Shown in pieces: positions 10,595 to 20,933 of a stretch of DNA of 64,000 nucleotides (positions within the stretch are counted from its first letter, which is position 1; each line of letters begins with the position of its first letter). The stretch lies in contig JADJMM010000012.1 in NCBI GenBank assembly GCA_016709575.1, positions 28,077-92,076 of the forward strand, in the 5' to 3' direction. Both the position numbers and the translations under genes were made by a program. This stretch comes from Sphingobacteriaceae bacterium (GTDB lineage Bacteria > Bacteroidota > Bacteroidia > B-17B0 > Aurantibacillaceae). Under the pieces are notes generated by a model, which saw nothing but the letters and a program-made list of their open reading frames with translations, searched no databases and was not told the DNA's origin.

Positions 10595-11831
10595 TCAATT
10601 TATTTGGTGAAGATAAGTAAAGCTTAAATTCGTTGTGTGACTTCCGTCATTTTTATTTTTCAGTAAGGTATTATACAGATTTTCAACATCGTTTACCAGT
10701 CGTTTATACGAAAACTGTGCTAAAACTTGCTGTTGTCCGTTTTTTGCTTTGGCAGAAAGTGTTTCGAAATTATTGATGGCGTTTAAAATTTGTGAGATAA
10801 ATTCTTCAGGTTTGTCTTTGTCGCAAAGGAAACCACAATCTTTATGTAGAATGTCAGCCGTGCCTCCAACGTTGGTGCTCACAATAAATTTTCCGGCGGC
10901 TTGTGCTTCAATTAAACTTACAGGCGTACCTTCGTTTTTAGAGCTTAGGGCTACTAAATCTAATCCGGCTAAAGCCCAATCTACATTTTTAATCCAGGAT
11001 GTAAAACAAAACAGTTTTGAGGTGGAAGCTTCGTTAGTAAATGGTATTTTTTTGAAATTATATAATTCTCTAATTGCATTCTTGTTTCGCCATCACCAAT
11101 AATAAATGCACGTATTTTTTTGTTGGAATGTGTTGCTGCATTTTCAACAGCATCAATAAATAATTCGTGATTTTTAACAGGGGCAAGGCGACCAATAATG
11201 CCAATGGCTAATTCATCATCCTGTAAATTGTATTTAGCGCGGAATTCTTTTCGTTTTTGATCAATATTTTGTGTGAAGCGTTCTAAATCAAAACCTAAAT
11301 TAACTACGTGGGTTTGTTGCGGCGTACAAATTTTAAAAGTTTCGGTTAATTCTTTTTTCTGAATATCACTAATAGCAATAATAGCATCTGTTCGTTTTGC
11401 TAAATACCGTTCAATCCCTTTGAAAAATGCAGTTTTTAAAGCGCCAAAATAAGAATGAAAAACATGTCCATGAAAAGTGTGAACAATAACCGGTACTTTA
11501 CAATGAATAGCTGCTAATCGTCCAACTGCTCCTGCTTTTGAGCGTGCGTGTGCACGATATCCGGCTTGTATTCTTTTATAATTTGTTTAATCCGTTTGTA
11601 TGCAGCATAATCACTTTTAAACCCGATACTGCGTTGTAATTCTTCTATTAAAATTGGCTTTAAACCTAAGTTATCGGTAATGTGTAATGAACTTTCTTCG
11701 CCTTCTTCTTCTTTTCCGCCAATCAACATTGTTTCGTAGTCGGACGATAAATATTTTGTTAGGTAAGCCACATTATAAGTGATACCACCCAAATTAAAAC
11801 GATTAATTATACGTAGAACTTTTTTTGCCAT
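10595..11831 (-). CDS. Glycosyltransferase family 1 (GT4-type), frameshifted
   Basis: N-terminus MAKKVLRIINRFNLGGITYNV...PDIVHTHA. The middle section, by manual translation, reads KAGAVGRLAAIHCKVPVIVHTFHGH...IIGRLAPVKNHELFIDAV. The C-terminus reads SSKNEGTPVSLIEAQAAGKFIVSTNVGGTADIL, which contains the GT1 E-x7-E region. Confidence 0.75.
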
Positions 11832-13666
11832 TACTTAATAAACTCTCTAAAGTTCGTAAACCAATTCTGAAAAACAATCAGCGCCCAAACTTTTGCAGGA
11901 GCATCACCCGGATTATCGCTATATAACTTTTGTTTCAATTTGTGTATTGTGTCGTAATTAAAAATAGCTTCTTCTTTAATCCTTTTTTCATTCAGCCAAT
12001 TTTTTTCAATATCGGTTTTTAATTCTGTCTTTAACCATTTCCAAAGAGGCAATTCAAAACCTTTTTCTTCCTGCTAAAAATTTCTTTTGGCAATAAATCT
12101 TTAAAGCTCTCTTTTAAAATTAGTTTTTGTCCTTGATTCGATATTTTTTTATTCTCAGCTAAATTCATAGCGAATTCAACAACTCTGTAATCTAAAAAGG
12201 GATTCCGTATTTCTAAACCGTGTTGCATGCTCATCCGGTCGGCTTTCACTAACATATCATCCGCTAAAACAATTTTTAAGTCGGCGTAATTAACAGGATT
12301 AAAGTTCTTCTGAGTGAAAGCTTCTGAAAATAAATCATTAAACGAATGATTGCTTTTTGAAAGTAGTAAATCATTCACTTCTTTTTCATTGCTAATACAA
12401 GCCCAATTGATGTAGCGATCTTCAGCTTTTAAATTAACTGATTTAGAAAAACGTTTCAACTGACGAACTTTATTTGAGAAACTTTTATTTCGGGAATCAG
12501 GCAATAAACTTAACACCGGACTCATCATTGGCGACAAAGCTTTGGAAGAAAACTTACGGCTCAGTAATTCGGCTTTATGTTTATTGTAGCCCATGAACAA
12601 TTCATCAGCACCATCGCCGGATAGAGCAACTTTAACATGTTTTTTTGTGTATTTACTCAATACGTAAACATTAAAAGCAGAAGAATCAGCAAAGGGTTCA
12701 TCGATACTTTTTAAAAATGGATTTATGTTCTCGAGTAAGTCAGTATCTTTTAATTTGAAGCTGTGATGTGAGGAATTAATATGTTTCGCTACTAATTCAG
12801 CGTATTCTGTTTCGTCAAAAAAGGGTTCATCAGCAAAACCAATACTAAAGGTGTGAATGTCGTTATGATGTTTTTTTGCTAATGCTGAAATGATAGATGA
12901 ATCTAAGCCACCACTTAAAAAGCAACCAACGGGTACATCAGCGTTTAAACGTAATTTCACTGCATCAGAAAGTAGATCTTTAATTGATTCTTCCTTTTTG
13001 TGGTGTGGAATAGTGTACCAAGTTTTGATACTTACTTTTTTTTCTTTTACGGAAATATATTCACCCGGTAATAAACGAAATACATTTTTGAAAATGGTTT
13101 CTTTCCCGGTACTGTAATTTAATCTTAAATAAGTATGAAGTGCATTATGATTTAATTCTTGCGCGCCGGTTAACGATAATAAAGCTTTTAATTCAGAAGC
13201 AAAAGCAAATTTATCTTCATTCTGAAAATAATAAAGAGGTTTTACGCCGTATCTATCTCTAACAACACTTAACTCATCAGTTTTTGAATTATAGAAAGAA
13301 AATGCAAAAAAACCATTGAGTTTTATTGAGACAGTTTGTTTTTTCTTTGTCAAATAATTTAAATAACACTTCAACATCGCCTGTAGTTTTTAAATCGCCA
13401 ACTTCTTTTTGCAAATCTTTATAGTTAAATAACTCTCCATTAAAAACTAAAGCTTTTTCTTGTGCTGAGTCTAGGAATGGCTGATTGCTGTTTGGACTTA
13501 AATCCAAAATACTTAACCGAGCATGAAAAAGTGTGCAATTTTTGAATGCGTGATGGCTTTGAAAGTCAGGCCCACGGTGTTTAAGTGCCTCTGTAACCTT
13601 ATTGTTTTCGGTTGTTGGAGGTGCGCCTGAGTTTTTGAAAAAGTATATACCCGCAATGCCACACAT
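11831..13666 (-). CDS. Asparagine synthase (glutamine-hydrolysing), AsnB family, frameshifted twice
   Basis: MCGIAGIY is the Ntn amidotransferase start. SGGLDSS is the PP-loop in the middle ORF. Three ORFs are collinear (13289-13666, 12031-13377, 11831-12052). The stop overlaps the GT1 start as TAATG. Confidence 0.85.
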
Positions 13667-13722
13667 AGTTTGTAAAAATATGATTTTTACTCTTAAAATT
13701 TAATTATCTTTAAAGCCTAATT

Positions 13723-16700
13723 ATGTTTAAAAATCTGCTCCTAAACATATTGCTTTTTCTTACCTCGGGATTGCTTCTCTCGCAATCGCATCGTTTTAAG
13801 CATATTACCAGTGAGGACGGACTTTCTACCAACTTTGTAAGTTCCATTTTAAAGGATGACAAAGGTTTTATGTGGTTTGGAACACAAGATGGTTTGTGTC
13901 GTTATGATGGTTATCAGTTTAAAGTTTTTAAAAACACTAACGAGAATAAGAGCTCCTTATCATCTTCAGATATAACAAGAATTTATCAGCATAACGATGG
14001 TATGTTGTATATCGGTACACGTAATTCCGGACTAAACATTTATAATCCTTACAAAGATTCATTTGAAAGAATAAAATTAAATGTAGATAAAGACGGTTCT
14101 AATGAATTGAAGGTGAATTGTTTTTTAGATCTTGATAATACAACTGTTTTAATTGGTACTGATAAAGGCATTGTTTCGTTTAATTCAAAAACTAAAGAGA
14201 GTAAAGGTGTTGGATTAACCGGAAAGAAACTTGAAGTTGTTTTTTTATTCAAGTACCAATCTCAGATTATTGTGGCTACCGAGGGTTGGGGATTATGGCA
14301 GCTGACCAATAATAATCAACTAAAGAAAATAAATCTCTTACTCCCGCCGAGTTTAAAAATTGATCCCACAGAAATTGAAACCATTAATTCGATAACTGAA
14401 GTTGATGGTAAATTATTTTTGGCTAGTCATGGTGGCGGTGTTTTAAAAGTAAACCCGGGTAATTTCGCTGTTGAGAAAGTGTTTAGATTTGATGATGACA
14501 CTAATAATATCAATTTTATTGAGGATGTAAAAGTTATTGATAATAAACTATTGGCTATTACACGTGGCGGTGGAATTGTGTTGGATTTGAGAACAGAGAA
14601 GCATAATCTTTTTTCGAAGGAGGAAACCAATAAGCACAGCATAAATGATAATTATTTAACCACTATTTTTATTGATGAGCAAAAGAACATTTGGTTAGGT
14701 ACTTTTTCGGGTGGGGTTAACGTTTCGTTTTCGCAGACTCAAAAATTTCCTAATCTTCCAAAGGAAATTTCAGAACAATTTCAACGCACCTTTTCGGCTT
14801 ACGACGATGGAACTGATTTATGGATTGGCGGTGAGAAATCATTAAAAACACTTAACCCTGCGACTAATGTTGTTAAAGATTTAAGTAGTGTTATTGGTGA
14901 GAATTATATTTTATCGATGACAGGGGATAAGCAAGGAAATATTTGGATTGGAACCTGGGGCGTGGGCGTTTTTAAATACAATAAAACTACAGGAACAAAA
15001 GAAGAGTTTTTATCGAGTGAATTTGGCGGAACTGTTTTATCGTTATGCTTAGATAAAAATCAAAAATTATGGATTGGCTCTTATGGCGATGGTTTATTTG
15101 TGTTGGATACAAGAACCAATGAAGTAAAGAATTATAATGTTGCAGACGGAATAAGCAGTGATAAAATAACAGCTATTTATAACGACAAGAACGGAAATAT
15201 TTGGCTGGGAACTGATGGTGGTGGCGCTTGTTTAATTAAAGGAGGAAATATTGGCAAAAAGAATCTATTGTAAAGTATACACTATCAGATTCTGCAAATT
15301 CTATAGGTTCAAATATTGTTTATTCGGTTTTGGAGGATAATAATTCGAGAATGTGGTTTGCTACGAGTAACGGATTAAGTAAATATGATTTAGCTGCTAA
15401 AAAATTCACAAACTATACTGAGAAGGATGGTTTATCAAACAATTTCGTGTCATCAGTTTTATCTGATAGTTTAAATAATATTTGGATGAGTACGAATAAA
15501 GGAATTTCTAAATTCAATCCAAATATTGAAAACATAAGTGGTTCAGCTTTTAAAAACTACGATCAAAAGGATGGGTTGTTAAACAATGAACATAGTCAGG
15601 GTGCATACGGAAAATTAAGGAATGGTAGTTTATTATTTGGTGGTGTAATGGGTGTTAACATTTTTAATCCCAGTGCAATTAAAGAGAACAGCCATTTCCC
15701 ACCAGCATATATTGTTAGTTATAAGCGCGCCGGTAAAAACATAGAAACAGATACAGCTATTACTTATAAAAAATATTTAAACCTCAGTTGGAGAAAACTT
15801 TTCCAGTTTGAGTTAGCGGCTCTTGATTATAATTCGCCTTCTGAAAATAAATATATGTACAAATTGGAAGGGTATGATAATGATTGGTCATCTCCAACTA
15901 ACGTGCGTTACGTTTCTTATACAGAATTACCTGGTGGCGATTACGTGTTTAAAGTTAAGGCAGCCAATGATGATGGGATTTGGAATGAAACTCCAAATTA
16001 CATTTATATTACTGTAGTACCACCATTTTGGAAAACAGTTTGGTTTTACATTATAGTTTCTGTTTTAGGTTTCGGTGGCATTATTGTGTTTATTCAAATG
16101 CGCACACGCGCTGTTAAAACGTGAAAACAAAATATTAGAAAATAAAGTAGCAGAGCGTACAAAGGAATTAGCTGAGAAGAACACAGATATTACGAGTAGT
16201 ATTGAATACGCAAAACGTATTCAGGAAGTAATTCTCCCTGCAAAAGATCAAATTTTCAGTAAGTTTAATAACGCCTTCATTTTATACAAACCAAAGGATA
16301 TTGTAAGTGGCGATTTTTATTGGTACGGAAACAAAAACGGATTTAAAATATTTGCTGTAGTAGATTGTACCGGTCATGGTGTGCCTGGCGCCTTTATGAG
16401 TATGATAGGTCATAATATTTTTGAATCAGGTGGTAATTGAAAATGGTGTGACTGAACCCTGGTAAAATATTAAATGGTCTGCATAAAGGTGTTCAAACAG
16501 CTTTAAAGCAAGGGCAAAATCAGGTGAATACCAATGATGGAATGGACGTCTCTATGATATCTGTTAATGAGGCGACGGGGGAAGTGCTTTGGGCAGGAGC
16601 TTTCAGGCCGGTTGTGATTGTAAGAGCCGATGGAACTCTCGATAAGGTAGACGGTAATAAATCTTCGGTTGGCGGGGCTCAAACCAGTGTTGACAGGACA

Positions 16701-16946
16701 TTTACAACCCATACACTTGATTTAAAGAAACAAGATACAATTTACTTATATTCAGATGGATACGCTGACCAATTTGGTGGCGAGAAGGGTAAGAAATACA
16801 TGGTAAAACGCTTTAATGATCTTTTATGTGCCATCCATGTTTATAGCTTAAATGAGCAGCAAAATGAGTTGGAGAAGGCCTTTGAAGACTGGCGCGGAAA
16901 CCATGAGCAGATTGATGATGTTTTGGTTGTAGGGATTCGTTTTTAA
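13723..16946 (+). CDS. Periplasmic beta-propeller sensor (Reg_prop/Y_Y_Y) fused through a TM helix to a PP2C/SpoIIE-type phosphatase; SiaA-like; at least four frameshifts
   Basis: Reg_prop repeats (DGLSTNFVSSILKDDKGFMWFGTQDGLCRYDG and others). Y_Y_Y region (YMYKLEGYDNDWSSPTNVRYVSYTELPGGDYVFKVKA). TM helix WFYIIVSVLGFGGIIVFI. PP2C motifs (SGDFYWY, VVDCTGHGVPGAFMSM, DGMDVSMI, YLYSDGYADQFGG, DDVLVVGIRF). The pieces lie in collinear ORFs. Confidence 0.8.
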
Positions 16947-16972
16947 ATAAAATAGTATTATATTTGCTTATC

Positions 16973-17821
16973 ATGAAAAAAATTAAAATTTTATCGATTC
17001 TGTTAATCGCTTCATCATTTGTTTTTGTTTATTCGTGTAAGAAAAACACTAAAGAAGTTGATACAGAAACTCAATCGGTTGTTGATAATGCAATTTGCGA
17101 ACAGGAGTTTATGCAAATTCAACCAACCACAAACAACCTAGCTATTAAAACTAAAGGAACAAGTGCGCAGCGTTTAGCTGGTGTTACAGGTGGATGTGAT
17201 TCGTTAACTTATTTAAGTGGAGATACTACCGCTGCAGGATTTACTAATACAAACCCTCCAACTTTCGAATACAATTACGGTATTTGTTCTTTAGCTAATA
17301 CAGATGGAGTTATTCGTACAGGTAAATTATGGATTCGTTTCTTAGGTCGTCCTAAAACTGCAGGTTCAAAAACAATAATTAAACTATTAAATTATAAAGT
17401 AAATGGTTCTATCACTTATTCTTGTGATAGTATTGTTGTAACAAGTGGTTCAAATGCTACAGCTGCAGTTAGAGATTTTACAGTTCAGATTATTGGTGGT
17501 GTTTGTACAGGAAATGGTTGGACAGTTAAATATAGCTCAACGAAATATATTTCAATAAATACTAATAGCACTACTGCATTAAGTGATGATGTTGTAACTG
17601 TATCAGGAACTGCAAACGGAACTAACCGTGATGGCAGAGATTTTGATGTTGTAATAACAGGCATTACAAAACCTGCAAATTGTAAACATATTACAACAGG
17701 TAAAGTTGATGTTACACCAAAAGATTTCTCTACAAGAACTGTTGATTTTGGATCAGGTACTTGTGATGATGACGCAACTTTTACAGTAAACGGACAAACA
17801 ATAGCATTTAAACTGAAATAA
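16973..17821 (+). CDS. Cys-rich lipoprotein of unknown function
   Basis: MKKIKILSILLIASSFVFVYSC is a lipobox-like signal with Cys. The mature part is Thr/Gly/Asn-rich with about ten Cys. It lies 26 nt after the phosphatase stop and 7 nt before the next gene. Confidence 0.6.
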   Translation: MKKIKILSILLIASSFVFVYSCKKNTKEVDTETQSVVDNAICEQEFMQIQPTTNNLAIKTKGTSAQRLAGVTGGCDSLTYLSGDTTAAGFTNTNPPTFEYNYGICSLANTDGVIRTGKLWIRFLGRPKTAGSKTIIKLLNYKVNGSITYSCDSIVVTSGSNATAAVRDFTVQIIGGVCTGNGWTVKYSSTKYISINTNSTTALSDDVVTVSGTANGTNRDGRDFDVVITGITKPANCKHITTGKVDVTPKDFSTRTVDFGSGTCDDDATFTVNGQTIAFKLK

Positions 17822-17828
17822 ATTTCTG

Positions 17829-18404
17829 ATGCCGGTAGTTTCTTCAAGTATAATGGTTGACGCGTTCAGTATCTACGATAAGATGGAGAGGAATAATATT
17901 CTTCTTTCTTTTAAAGGAGATATTACTTCTGAACTGTTAACGTCTATTCTCCAGATAATGGAAAATAAGATGGATAACATGCAGGAAGAACCAAAGATGA
18001 AGAAGAAAGTTTACAATGTATTAGTAGAATGTTTACAAAACTTATATCACCACATGGATGATGTTGCCGATGCAACAGGTGATATTAACCGCTCAGCGAT
18101 TTTTATGATTGGTAAAGCTAATAACGCTTACACAATCACTACAGGAAACTATATTTTAAGCGAAAACGTAAACGGACTTAAAGGTCGTTTAGATGAAGTT
18201 AACGCACTTACTAAAGAAGAATTAAAAGAATATTACAAAAAGGTACTTAATAACGGCGAAATGTCGCTAAAAGGCGGAGGTGGTTTAGGGATGATAGATA
18301 TAGCCCGAAAAACTGGCGAAAAATTAGAGTATAATTTTTTGGAAATTGACAATAAAGTTTCTTTCTTTACACTAAATATTAAGATTAATCAATTACCATT
18401 ATAA
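17829..18404 (+). CDS. SiaB-like (GHKL-fold, anti-sigma-kinase-like) protein
   Basis: 191 aa. The N-terminus ILLSFKGDITSELLTSILQIMENKM and the C-terminal G-rich lid KGGGGLGMIDIARKTGEKLEY are typical of small HATPase-type switch kinases. An alternative start lies at 17853. The family call is from memory. Confidence 0.55.
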   Translation: MPVVSSSIMVDAFSIYDKMERNNILLSFKGDITSELLTSILQIMENKMDNMQEEPKMKKKVYNVLVECLQNLYHHMDDVADATGDINRSAIFMIGKANNAYTITTGNYILSENVNGLKGRLDEVNALTKEELKEYYKKVLNNGEMSLKGGGGLGMIDIARKTGEKLEYNFLEIDNKVSFFTLNIKINQLPL

Positions 18405-18445
18405 TAAGTAACACAACAAGTTCAAGAACATAAAATAAACAAACT

Positions 18446-18826
18446 ATGGAAAAATACTCAATTGACGGCACTCCAAAAACTCCAACAATCAGTTTCGATT
18501 TAGGTAGCGGTTTATTAGAAATTAAAGGACGTTCAATCCCTGAAAACTCTATCGAGTTTTACAAACCATTAGTTGATGCTTTAGATAAGTATGCAGGATC
18601 TCCTAAATCTGCAACTAACGTTAATATTCAACTTGAATATTTTAATACTAGTTCATCTAAATGTATTTTGGATGTATTTAAGAAATTAGAAAACATCAAT
18701 AAAAACGGAAGCGCAGTTATTATCAACTGGCATTACGAAGAAGATGATGAAGATATGTTAGAGGCTGGTGAAGATTACCAAGCTATCATTAACGTGCCAT
18801 TTAAAATGGTTCAGGTTAGCGAATAA
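18446..18826 (+). CDS. DUF1987 / SiaC-like regulatory phosphoprotein
   Basis: 126 aa with TPKTPTISFDLGSGLLEIKGRSIPENSIEFYKPLVDAL, LEYFNTSSSKCILDVFKKLE and INWHYEEDDEDMLEAGEDY, which is the DUF1987 signature as I recall it. Confidence 0.7.
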   Translation: MEKYSIDGTPKTPTISFDLGSGLLEIKGRSIPENSIEFYKPLVDALDKYAGSPKSATNVNIQLEYFNTSSSKCILDVFKKLENINKNGSAVIINWHYEEDDEDMLEAGEDYQAIINVPFKMVQVSE

Positions 18827-18909
18827 TATCCTAACCTTATAATATTGCTGAAAGTGTTACATTTTCGGGGTTTTTTATTAAACACAGTCTCGAATCGGGC
18901 TTTTTTCTG

Positions 18910-18917
18910 TAAATTTG
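18910..18917 (+). promoter_or_regulatory. Candidate -7 box TAAATTTG upstream of fbaB
   Basis: Exact TAnnTTTG match 22 nt before the ATG at 18940. Confidence 0.35.
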
Positions 18918-18939
18918 CCCTCTCATTAAAAAACAAATT

Positions 18940-19995
18940 ATGCCGGTAAATGTTAAGGAATTATTAGGCGCACAGGCCGATACTTTATTGAATCATACTT
19001 GTAAAACAATTTCAAAAGATCAAATCCACTTACCTGGTGCTGATTTTGTTGAACGAATTTTTCAACAAACTAATCGCAACCCGCAAGTGTTACGCAGTTT
19101 GCAACAACTTTACGGTACTGGCCGTTTAGCTAATACAGGTTACATGAGCATCCTACCAGTTGATCAAGGTATCGAACACAGTGCAGGTGCATCATTCGCT
19201 CCAAACCCAATTTATTTCGATAGCGAAAACATAGTTAAATTAGCTATTGAAGGCGGTTGTAACGCTGTTGCTTCTACTTATGGTGTTCTTGGTTCAGTAG
19301 CGCGTAAATACGCTCACAAAATTCCTTTTATCGTAAAAATTAATCATAACGAATTTTTATCGTACCCAAATAAATTTGACCAAATTATGTTTGGTTCTGT
19401 TGAAGACGCTTGGAACATGGGCGCAGTTGCAGTTGGTGCTACCATTTATTTTGGTTCTCCTGAATCAGGCCGACAAATTGTTGAGGTTGCTCAAGCATTT
19501 GACCGTGCACACGAATTAGGAATGGCAACTGTTTTATGGTGCTATACCCGTAACAACGCATTTAAAAAAGACGGTGTTGATTATCACACTGCAGTGGATT
19601 TATCTTCACAAGCCAATCATTTAGGTGTAACTATTCAAGCCGATATCATTAAACAAAAAATGTCAGACAAGAACGGTGGTTACACTGCTTTAAATCATGG
19701 TAAGACTCACGCAAAAGTTTATTCTGAATTAACTTCAGAAAATCCAATTGACTTATGTCGTTACCAAGTTGCTAATTGTTACATGGGCCGTATGGGTTTA
19801 ATTAATAGTGGTGGCGAAAGTAAAGGCGCAACAGATTTAGCTGAAGCAGTTACAACAGCCGTAATTAATAAGCGTGGTGGTGGACAAGGATTAATTTCAG
19901 GACGTAAAGCGTTTCAGAAACCATTAAAAGAAGGAGTTTCATTACTGAATTCTATTCAGGATGTTTATTTAGATAAATCAATTACCATTGCATAA
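18940..19995 (+). CDS. fbaB: Class I fructose-bisphosphate aldolase (FbaB/DhnA type)
   Basis: The 351-aa product is collinear with E. coli FbaB as I recall it ([47 protein letters not shown], ends DKSITIA). Confidence 0.9.
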   Translation: MPVNVKELLGAQADTLLNHTCKTISKDQIHLPGADFVERIFQQTNRNPQVLRSLQQLYGTGRLANTGYMSILPVDQGIEHSAGASFAPNPIYFDSENIVKLAIEGGCNAVASTYGVLGSVARKYAHKIPFIVKINHNEFLSYPNKFDQIMFGSVEDAWNMGAVAVGATIYFGSPESGRQIVEVAQAFDRAHELGMATVLWCYTRNNAFKKDGVDYHTAVDLSSQANHLGVTIQADIIKQKMSDKNGGYTALNHGKTHAKVYSELTSENPIDLCRYQVANCYMGRMGLINSGGESKGATDLAEAVTTAVINKRGGGQGLISGRKAFQKPLKEGVSLLNSIQDVYLDKSITIA

Positions 19996-20032
19996 GGAAT
20001 TACAAGAAACTATAAATACGAAACCGGAAAAC

Positions 20033-20878
20033 ATGGGTTGGTTTAAAAGATTAAAAGAAGGAATTACAACAAGTACTAAGGAGAAAAAAGAAACTCCAGA
20101 AGGCTTGTGGTATAAATGTCCGTCTTGTAAAAAAATTCACACAGCGCAAGATCATCAAGCTAACAAATACGTTTGTATTGATTGCGGAAATCATCAGCGT
20201 TTAGGAAGCAAAGAGTATTTCGAAGTATTATTTGATAATAACCAGTTTACCGAATTACACGAAAATTTAGTAAGTGGCGACCCATTAGAATTTACTGATA
20301 CAAAAAAATATACTGATCGTTTAGTTGATTCAATAAAAAAATCGGGATTGAATGATGCATTACGCAGTGCTTACGGAAAAGTAAACGGTGAAGATTTAGT
20401 TATCTGTTGTATGGACTTCAGTTTTATTGGTGGAAGTATGGGAAGTGTAGTTGGAGAAAAAATCGCACGTTCTATTGATTTCTGTATTAAAACAAAAGCA
20501 CCTTTATTGATTATTTCAAAATCGGGTGGTGCGCGTATGATGGAAGCTGCTTTCTCGTTAATGCAAATGGCAAAAACATCAGCAAAGCTTTCTCAATTAG
20601 CACAACATAAGATTCCTTATATCTCTTTATTAACTGATCCTACCACAGGTGGTGTAACAGCAAGTTATGCAATGTTAGGTGATTTAAATATTGCAGAACC
20701 AGAATCATTAATTGGTTTCGCCGGACCACGTGTTGTAAAAGAAACTATTGGTAAAGATTTACCAAAAGGATTTCAAACAGCTGAGTTCGTACTAGAGCAC
20801 GGTTTCCTTGATAAGATTATCCCAAGAACAGAATTAAAAGATAAGTTAGGAAACATCTTGAAGATGTTGAAAAACTAA
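20033..20878 (+). CDS. accD: Acetyl-CoA carboxylase carboxyltransferase beta subunit
   Basis: MGWFKRLK start, Zn ribbon CPSCKK...CIDCGNH, and carboxyltransferase motifs ([24 protein letters not shown]). The ORF-track start at 19988 is a TTG inside the fbaB end. Confidence 0.9.
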   Translation: MGWFKRLKEGITTSTKEKKETPEGLWYKCPSCKKIHTAQDHQANKYVCIDCGNHQRLGSKEYFEVLFDNNQFTELHENLVSGDPLEFTDTKKYTDRLVDSIKKSGLNDALRSAYGKVNGEDLVICCMDFSFIGGSMGSVVGEKIARSIDFCIKTKAPLLIISKSGGARMMEAAFSLMQMAKTSAKLSQLAQHKIPYISLLTDPTTGGVTASYAMLGDLNIAEPESLIGFAGPRVVKETIGKDLPKGFQTAEFVLEHGFLDKIIPRTELKDKLGNILKMLKN

Positions 20879-20885
20879 GAAATAA

Positions 20886-20916
20886 AAAAGCCTGAGAAAA
20901 TTTCTCAGGCTTTTTC
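20886..20916. terminator. Rho-independent, bidirectional terminator hairpin
   Basis: GCCTGAGA-aaatt-TCTCAGGC (20890-20910) is flanked by an A run on the left and a T run on the right, between convergent accD and a T9SS cargo gene. Confidence 0.7.
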
Positions 20917-20933
20917 TTTTTGGTTTATTCTGA

